Source of the DNA: Deinococcaceae bacterium
GTDB lineage: Bacteria; Deinococcota; Deinococci; Deinococcales; Trueperaceae
Assembly (NCBI GenBank): GCA_040256005.1
Contig: JBDZWC010000090.1
Coordinates: forward strand, 1-12,362
Direction of reading: 5' to 3'
Length of the DNA stretch: 12,362 bases
In this document: in pieces, positions 1 through 5,725 of the stretch
Layout: every line of letters begins with the position of its first letter
Position numbering within the stretch: the first letter of the stretch is position 1
Notes under the pieces: model-generated
The model's database searches: none
The model's input: only the letters and a program-made list of their open reading frames with translations
Told to the model about the DNA's origin: nothing
Made by a program: the position numbers and the translations under genes

Positions 1-436
1 ACCTCTGAACATCGACAATCCGGCAACGCTGCTGCCGCTCGATGACAGCAGCGCCAACGGACGTCGCGCCAAGAGAGCGTTGCGAAACGCGGTGCCCGCC
101 TCGAGCCGGATCTGTCAGGCCTGAACGGGAGACAGCGACTGCCCGCGCCTCGCCCGTGGCGACCGCCACCCGGTCTCCTACGCTCAGGTCTGCCAGTCGC
201 CGCCAGCCGTCCAGGCTGTACCAGCGGTGCAGCGCGGTCGTGCGGCGTGTGCGGCCACTCGCCAGCTTCACTTCGAAGACCTCGCGCTCGCCGACGTGCC
301 AGACCAGGTCGCTGGTCGCCGATACGATCCTGGCGTTCTCGTCCATCGCCAGTACCTCGGGGCGCTGGCCCACGAGCTCCTCGATGGGAACGCGGCGGCC
401 GTCCGCGAGGTCCACCAAAGTGTCACCGGTGACGCA
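1..436 (-). mobile_element. Intein (Hint domain) in DnaB, probably a mini-intein; C-terminal blocks lie beyond the window
   Basis: After SDLRE the expected SGxIEQDAD is replaced in frame by CVTGDTLVDLADGRRVPIEELVG (block A, Cys1 at 436-434), then VFEVKLASGRTRRTTALHRW...GW..LADLSVGDRVAV (block B, TxxH with His at 229-227), a 44-aa linker, and RIVDVQR resembling the start of block F. Confidence 0.93.
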
Positions 437-1594
437 CTCCCTGAGATCAGACAACATGGGCCGCTTGTTCGGCCGGCTCTCCACTGCACGCGACAGCTGC
501 GAGAGGACAAGCACCGGGATGTCGAGCTCGCGCGCCAACGCCTTGAGCCCGCGCGAGATGGCGGAGATCTCCTGCTGCCGGTTCTCGCCCGCGCTGCGCG
601 ACGACGAACCGGCCGACATGAGCTGAAGGTAGTCGATGACCAGCAGATCGAGCCCGTGCTCGTTCTTGAGGCGACGCGCCCGCGACCGCAGCTCCATGAC
701 CGACATGTCGGCGTTGTCGTCGATGAAGATGTTCGCCTCTGAGAGGCGGCCGGCGGTGTCGGCGAGGCGCTGGAAGTCGCGCTCGGTCAGCTGCCCGCTG
801 CGCACGCGCGACATGTCCACGCGGGCCTCGGAGCACAGCATGCGCATGACGAGCTGGATCGCAGACATCTCGAGGGAGAAGATGCCCACGGAGGCTCTGC
901 GGCCGTCCTTGTCTGCCTTGAGAGCCGCGTGCAGCGCGATGTTGAGGCCGAAGGCCGTCTTGCCCATCGACGGCCTGGCGGCCAGCACGTTGAGGGTGGA
1001 GGCGTGCAGGCCCGCCGTGAGCTGGTCTAGCTCGCGGAAGCCCGTCTCGATGCCGGAGACGGGGTTGGGGTTCGTGAAGCGCTCGTTGATCTCATCGAAC
1101 GTCTCGCCGACTAGCTTGTGCATGGTCTCGAAGGCCACGCGGCGCTTCTTCGTCGTGAGGTCGAAGATGCCCTTCTCGGCCAGGTCGAGCACGTCCTCGA
1201 TCGCGATGGACTGATCGTAGGCGGACTGCATGATCCGACCGCTGGCTGCGATGAGCTCACGCAGGGTGGCCTTCTCGAGGACGATCCGCACGTAGCTGTC
1301 CGCGAAGGCGGCTGTAGGTACCTCGTCCGCCAGGCCGATGAGGTAGTTGATGCTGCCCACGCTCTCGAGCTCGCCGGAGGATCTGAGCTCCTCCGTCAGC
1401 GTCACCAGGTCGACGGGGTCGCCGTGGCGGTGGAGCCTCTCCATGGCCCGGAAGATCTTGCGGTGGGCTTCCTTGTAGAAGTGCTCGGGAGTGAGCACGC
1501 CTTCGAGCCCCGCGTAGACCTCGTTGTCCAGCATGATCGCGCCCAGAACGCTCATCTCGGCCTCGAGGTTGTGCGGGGGCGTGCGGCTGTCCAC
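1..1594 (-). CDS. dnaB: Replicative DNA helicase DnaB, intein-containing; 3' end runs off the left edge
   Basis: Manual minus-strand translation, open from 1594 to the edge: (V/M)DSRTPPHNLEAEMSVLGAIML..., Walker A LAARPSMGKTAF, IFSLEMS, Walker B LLVIDYLQLM, NRQQEISAISRGLKALARELDIPVLVLSQLSRAVESRPNKRPMLSDLRE. GTG at 1594 is preferred because it lies 7 nt after a -10 box; the in-frame ATG at 1603 is an alternative. Confidence 0.97.
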   Translation of the reverse strand, partial: MDSRTPPHNLEAEMSVLGAIMLDNEVYAGLEGVLTPEHFYKEAHRKIFRAMERLHRHGDPVDLVTLTEELRSSGELESVGSINYLIGLADEVPTAAFADSYVRIVLEKATLRELIAASGRIMQSAYDQSIAIEDVLDLAEKGIFDLTTKKRRVAFETMHKLVGETFDEINERFTNPNPVSGIETGFRELDQLTAGLHASTLNVLAARPSMGKTAFGLNIALHAALKADKDGRRASVGIFSLEMSAIQLVMRMLCSEARVDMSRVRSGQLTERDFQRLADTAGRLSEANIFIDDNADMSVMELRSRARRLKNEHGLDLLVIDYLQLMSAGSSSRSAGENRQQEISAISRGLKALARELDIPVLVLSQLSRAVESRPNKRPMLSDLRECVTGDTLVDLADGRRVPIEELVGQRPEVLAMDENARIVSATSDLVWHVGEREVFEVKLASGRTRRTTALHRWYSLDGWRRLADLSVGDRVAVATGEARAVAVSRSGLTDPARGGHRVSQRSLGATSVGAAVIERQQRCRIVDVQR

Positions 1595-1601
1595 GTTCGG
1601 C

Positions 1602-1610
1602 ATGCTAACA
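1602..1610 (-). promoter_or_regulatory. Extended -10 element (TGnTAGCAT) of a probable leaderless dnaB transcript
   Basis: Minus strand reads TGT-TAGCAT-gccgaac-GTG: TAnnnT box 7 nt before the start codon, with no Shine-Dalgarno sequence. Confidence 0.6.
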
Positions 1611-1623
1611 CCGGCACCGGTCG

Positions 1624-1629
1624 TAGAAT
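1624..1629 (+). promoter_or_regulatory. -10 element (TAGAAT) of a probable leaderless transcript for the plsY-fusion operon
   Basis: TAGAAT at 1624-1629, 8 nt before ATG 1638, in otherwise very GC-rich sequence; no Shine-Dalgarno sequence. Confidence 0.65.
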
Positions 1630-1637
1630 GGCGGTCC

Positions 1638-3506
1638 ATGGAGTGGTTCCTAGGCGCGGGTATCGCGTTCCTGACGGCGTTCCTGGTCGGTTCGTTGCCG
1701 CTGGGGGCGCGCCTCGTCGAGCGCGTGTCCGGCTGGTCGCCCAACGCCGTGAACCCTCATCTCCTAGGGGTGGAGAACGTCGCCAGGCTGGTGGGCGGCG
1801 GAGTGGCGTTGGGCGCCTTCGGTCTAGACCTTCTCAAGGGCTTGTCGGCCGTGGTAGCCGGTGTGGCCACCAGCTGGTCCGTCGTCTCGTGGCTCACCAC
1901 CGGAGCTCTGTCGCAGCTGCCGCACTTCGGTCCGGGCAACGTGCTCGCGCTGAGCGCTGCCCAATCCGGCGACGTCGCGCTGTTGGTGTCGGCCGGGCTC
2001 CTGGGCGTCGTCGTGGGGCACCTCCACCCGGTGCCGTTGCCCGGCATCGCCGTCGCCCCGCGCGGGCGGGGTACGGCGGTCATCCTCGGTGGACTGGCCG
2101 GTCTATATACCTACGGTGTGGCCCCGCTGTGGTTACTCGTGGTCCCAGTCGCCATGTGGGCCGGTCTGCTGGCCGCCGACGGATACGTGGCTCGCGCCAC
2201 GGTGTGGTCTGGCCTGGGGCTGGCCGCCCTCGGCGCCCTGGCCGCCACCCTACGGGCCGTCTCGTGGGAGGCCGCCTTCGCGCTGGCGCTACTCGCCCTC
2301 ACCATCTTCTGGCGTCACAAGTCGGCGCTGTCGCGCATCAGCGATGGTACCGAGCCCCGGCTGGGAGAGCCGATGCCCGTCCGGGGCATGGACGGCTCGG
2401 TCATGGCGGCGTTCATGATCCACCCGATGAACCTCGAGGACGTCTGGCAGCCCGCCAGCCTCCGTTGGTTCAAGCACGTGCTCGAGCGCACGGTCAAGCC
2501 CGGGCTCCTGCCCGTCGAGTGGGTCAAGCGGCTCTTCCTGCAGGTCAGGCCGCAGCTCACCGGCGTCATCGAAGGGGTCGTGACCAGCGATGGCCGGCCG
2601 CTGCGGGTGCTCCTCGTGGGCACGCCCCTGCTGCCCGACCAGTTCCGCAGCCACCCCGAGGACGCCGAACGCCTGGCGGTGCAGGGCGCGAGGTTCGCAC
2701 ACGAGCTGGGGGCCGAGGTGGTGGGTCTGGGCGCCTTCTGGTCGACTGTCGGCGACAAGGGTAGGAAGGTACAGGAGGCGGTGCCGGAGATCGTGGTTAC
2801 GAACGGCGGTGCCTATACCGCGGCGACCGTCCGGGCCGCGGTGCCCGGCCTGCTCAAGCGTTTCGGCGAGCAGGGCGTAGAACTGAAGCGCACGACGGCG
2901 GCCGTCGTCGGGGCGAACGGTGTCGTGGCGTTCGGGGTGGCACGCATGATCGCTCCCGAGGTGGGCAGGGTGATCCTCGTCGGCCGCGACAAGCAGAGGC
3001 TCAACCGCAGCGCAGCCACCCTGAAGGCGAAGTTCCCCGACACTGATTTCGTGCCCACCACGGACTTCCAGACCGTCGCGTCGGCCGACCTCGTGTTCAC
3101 CGCGACCTCCGACCCCGGCTACGTGCTCTACCCGCAGCACGTCCGGCCGGGCGCCTGGGTCTACGACCTGGGCCGGCCCGCCGATGTCCACCCCAGCGTG
3201 CGCGACGTGCCCGGGGTCGAGATCGTGCCGGGTGGCGTGGTGCGGCCGCCAGGCACGATCCGCTCGCAGATCGACCTGCGTTTCGGCGACGGCCACGTGC
3301 CCGCCTGCCTGGCGGAGACGATGATCCTCGCCGCGACCAAGGAGTACGACCGCCGCAGCTTGGGCGGTCGGACGCGCACCTCCGACATCGAGTTCTTCCT
3401 GCGGGAAGGCGAGCGCCTGGGCTTCGAGATCGTGACCCGCGACGCTCAGGTCGCGTCCGGTGAGCCGCAGGGTCGACGCAGCCGGGCCACGCCACCCAGC
3501 GAGTGA
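1638..3506 (+). CDS. Fusion protein (622 aa): N-terminal PlsY-like (glycerol-3-phosphate acyltransferase family) membrane domain plus C-terminal acyl-ACP-reductase-like NAD(P)-binding domain
   Basis: N-terminus has FLVGSLP, ENVARLVG, DLLKG, GHLHP, RGRGTA, WRHKSALSRI..GTEPR and several hydrophobic helices (PlsY pattern). From about 2403: AFMIHP, GLGAFWS, VTNGGAYTA, Rossmann VVGANGVVA, DLGRPADV, GGVV, PACLAETM, ERLGF, collinear with cyanobacterial acyl-ACP reductase motifs. Start moved from 1524 (overlaps dnaB) to ATG 1638. Confidence 0.85.
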   Translation: MEWFLGAGIAFLTAFLVGSLPLGARLVERVSGWSPNAVNPHLLGVENVARLVGGGVALGAFGLDLLKGLSAVVAGVATSWSVVSWLTTGALSQLPHFGPGNVLALSAAQSGDVALLVSAGLLGVVVGHLHPVPLPGIAVAPRGRGTAVILGGLAGLYTYGVAPLWLLVVPVAMWAGLLAADGYVARATVWSGLGLAALGALAATLRAVSWEAAFALALLALTIFWRHKSALSRISDGTEPRLGEPMPVRGMDGSVMAAFMIHPMNLEDVWQPASLRWFKHVLERTVKPGLLPVEWVKRLFLQVRPQLTGVIEGVVTSDGRPLRVLLVGTPLLPDQFRSHPEDAERLAVQGARFAHELGAEVVGLGAFWSTVGDKGRKVQEAVPEIVVTNGGAYTAATVRAAVPGLLKRFGEQGVELKRTTAAVVGANGVVAFGVARMIAPEVGRVILVGRDKQRLNRSAATLKAKFPDTDFVPTTDFQTVASADLVFTATSDPGYVLYPQHVRPGAWVYDLGRPADVHPSVRDVPGVEIVPGGVVRPPGTIRSQIDLRFGDGHVPACLAETMILAATKEYDRRSLGGRTRTSDIEFFLREGERLGFEIVTRDAQVASGEPQGRRSRATPPSE

Positions 3507-4369
3507 AGGTGTTCCGCGTCGGCGGCCTCACGGGCGAGTCGCCCGAGGTCGCGCGCCTGTGGGAGATGGGCTGCCGAGGCATCCAAGAGGTGGGCGGTGA
3601 GTCCGGCGAGACCGAGTTGATCGCGTACTTCGATGAGCAGGTGGAGACCGGCCTGGTAGGCACGTGGGAGGACCTCGACGAGCACGACTACCTGGCCGAG
3701 TACCGCGCCGGTCTCCAGCCCGTGCGGGCTGGCCGCCTCGTCGTGGCGCCGAGTCATGCCGCGGTGCAGATGAGGGACGGCGAAGCCGTGGTCTGGCTGG
3801 ACCCTGGCTCGGCATTCGGGACCGGCCATCACGAGACCACAGCCATGGCGCTAGAAGCGCTGGGTCTCCTTGACTTGGTGGGGAAGACCGTCCTCGACGT
3901 GGGCTCCGGTTCGGGCGTGTTGGCCATCGCCGCGGACGTGCTTGGCGCCGAGGCCTCGTACGGGATAGACGTCGACCCGGCCACGGTGCTGGTGGCACGC
4001 GAGAACGCCCGCCGCAACCGGTCGCGGGCCCGGTTCGCGGTAGGCACCTTGCCTGCCCCTGGCGCGCGGGGATTCGTCGTCAACCCCGAGGCCAGCGACG
4101 GACTGGGTGACGCCGGCTCGTTCGCGCCGGCCCGCGGTCTGCCGGGCAGGTTCGACGTGATCGTCGCGAACCTCTACGCCGAGCTCCACGCTGCCCTGGC
4201 TGGCGGCTACGCCGCCGCCCTACTGCCGGGAGGGTCGCTCCTCCTCACGGGCGTACTCTCACGGCTAGGCGGCTCGGTCGAGGAGGCGCTGGCAGCGGCC
4301 GGGCTGGGAGTCACCGCGCGCGCGGAGCGCGGGGAGTGGACGCTGCTCGCAGCCGGGGCGCCGGCATGA
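3503..4369 (+). CDS. prmA: Ribosomal protein L11 methyltransferase
   Basis: DPGSAFGTGHHETT, SAM motif VLDVGSGSGVLAIAA, GIDVDP, FDVIVANLYAELH; GTG start overlaps the upstream stop (GTGA). Confidence 0.95.
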   Translation: MKVFRVGGLTGESPEVARLWEMGCRGIQEVGGESGETELIAYFDEQVETGLVGTWEDLDEHDYLAEYRAGLQPVRAGRLVVAPSHAAVQMRDGEAVVWLDPGSAFGTGHHETTAMALEALGLLDLVGKTVLDVGSGSGVLAIAADVLGAEASYGIDVDPATVLVARENARRNRSRARFAVGTLPAPGARGFVVNPEASDGLGDAGSFAPARGLPGRFDVIVANLYAELHAALAGGYAAALLPGGSLLLTGVLSRLGGSVEEALAAAGLGVTARAERGEWTLLAAGAPA

Positions 4370-5145
4370 AGGCGCGCGCGGGCAAGCGCGGTGCAGGCGA
4401 CGTGCAGCGGGCCTGGTCGACATCGGGAGCCAGGGTGGAGCGCATCGACAGGGTGCTCGTCGATCACCTGTCCGACCTCGTCGAGGTCACCGGTCCCGAA
4501 GCTCATCATCTGCGGGACGTGCTGCGGGTACGCGTGGGCGGGTATGTGGAAGCGTTCGACGGCGCCGGCATGCGCGCCCGGGGTGAGGTAGTGGCCGTGA
4601 CCAGGGAGGGCGTGAGCCTGAGGCTGGGCGCGCCGGAGCGCTCGCCCTCGGAAACCCCGCAGGATGTCACGCTGGCCGTTGCCCTGCTCAAGGGCGACAA
4701 GCTGGTGGACGTGATCCGGCCGGCGACGGAGCTGGGCGTGAAGCGCATCGTCACGTTCGTCAGCGTGAACTGCGAGGCCCGGGAGTTATCCGACGTCAAG
4801 CTGTCCCGGCTGCGCCGTGTGGCCCAGGAGGCGGCGAGGCAGAGCGGGCGTTCGGTGGTCCCCCAGGTGGAGGCTCCGGTCGACCTCGCCGACCTCACGG
4901 TCGATGGAGAGGTCGTCGTTGGTGACCCCGCGGCGGACGCCGGGCTGACCGAGCACCTGGATGAGCTGCTGGCGGCGCCCGCGGTCACCTTCGTAACGGG
5001 CCCGGAGGGCGGGCTGAGCGAGCACGAGGTCATGAGCCTCGTAGCGGCCGGGGCGCGAGCCGTGCGTCTCGGACCCAGGGTGCTGCGCGCCGACACCGCC
5101 CCGGTGGCGATGGCGGCGGCGCTGCTGCTGGTCGGGGGCCGCTGA
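4366..5145 (+). CDS. rsmE: 16S rRNA m3U1498 methyltransferase (SPOUT)
   Basis: HHLRDVLR, KGDK...ATELGV, EAARQSGR, GPEGGLS, LGPRVLRADTA. Start is uncertain: ATG 4366 (ATGA overlap with the prmA stop) or GTG 4435 (GGGAG upstream). Confidence 0.94.
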   Translation: MKARAGKRGAGDVQRAWSTSGARVERIDRVLVDHLSDLVEVTGPEAHHLRDVLRVRVGGYVEAFDGAGMRARGEVVAVTREGVSLRLGAPERSPSETPQDVTLAVALLKGDKLVDVIRPATELGVKRIVTFVSVNCEARELSDVKLSRLRRVAQEAARQSGRSVVPQVEAPVDLADLTVDGEVVVGDPAADAGLTEHLDELLAAPAVTFVTGPEGGLSEHEVMSLVAAGARAVRLGPRVLRADTAPVAMAAALLLVGGR

Positions 5146-5146
5146 G

Positions 5147-5563
5147 ATGCGTGTCGCACCTATCAGGTCGGTGGCGCTGCTGGCCCTGGCGTGCGTCGCG
5201 CTGGCGGCCTGCCGGCCGCTGTACCTGCCGCCGGTGCCCGAGTCGCCCACGCAGCCGCGTCACTCGCGGCTGGACGCGAGCTCCGCCTTGGCACTGGTGG
5301 CAGGCAGGCCCGTGTTGACCGTGGTACTGGCCGAGCTGGTGGGGCCGGACGGCGGTGGTTGGCTCTACGTCCAGTGGTTCGGTCCGTCCAACGCCGAGAT
5401 GGCTTCGGACGCCAGCTGGGTGACGGGCAGCGACGTGGGCACGACGATCGAGTTCCCGCTGCCGCCGGACGTGGAACACACGCCCGGCGAGTGGCGCGCG
5501 GCGGTCTCGTACGACGGGTTCCTTCTGCGGCAGTTCCGTCTCGAGGTCCCGGCCGGCGAGTGA
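5147..5563 (+). CDS. Hypothetical lipoprotein (138 aa)
   Basis: Basic N-terminus, hydrophobic stretch and lipobox LAA-C; Pro-rich tether, then a beta-rich domain (WLYVQWFGP...PGEWRAAVSYDG..LRQFRLEV); starts 1 nt after the rsmE stop. Confidence 0.8.
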   Translation: MRVAPIRSVALLALACVALAACRPLYLPPVPESPTQPRHSRLDASSALALVAGRPVLTVVLAELVGPDGGGWLYVQWFGPSNAEMASDASWVTGSDVGTTIEFPLPPDVEHTPGEWRAAVSYDGFLLRQFRLEVPAGE

Positions 5564-5638
5564 CGGGGGCAATGACCGCCACAGGTTCAGGGGCGTGTGG
5601 GTACCCGGTCATGGCAGGGGAAGACCCATCCAGCGACG

Positions 5639-5670
5639 AACCGGGCCGGCGCGAAAGCACCGGCCCGGCT
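5639..5670 (-). terminator. GC-rich hairpin between convergent operons, probable terminator or 3' stem of the rimP-secDF transcript
   Basis: Minus strand AGCCGGGCCGGUGC-UUUC-GCGCCGGCCCGGUU: 14-bp stem fully paired with G.U wobbles on this strand; the U-tract is weak (UUCGUC). Confidence 0.6.
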
Positions 5671-5725
5671 GACCTCGAACGCTGGTTGGACCTTCGCGCG
5701 GGTAGCCTCCCGGGCCCCTGAGCGA

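Noticed and set aside
940..1000. Second intein at the DnaB P-loop site
   Set aside because: Walker A ARPSMGKTAF is uninterrupted.
42..1214. Plus-strand ORFs 42..626, 227..742 and 636..1214
   Set aside because: Antisense shadows of dnaB and its intein; no recognisable motifs.
1524..1637. N-terminal extension of the 660-aa ORF
   Set aside because: Overlaps the dnaB start and both -10 boxes; PlsY similarity begins at Met 1638.
1118..2764. 548-aa plus-strand ORF
   Set aside because: Arg/Gly-rich off-frame read overlapping dnaB and the plsY fusion; typical high-GC artefact.
5080..5100. RsmE motif RADTA instead of the usual RxETA as a sign of inactivation
   Set aside because: Single conservative change; all other SPOUT motifs and the frame are intact.
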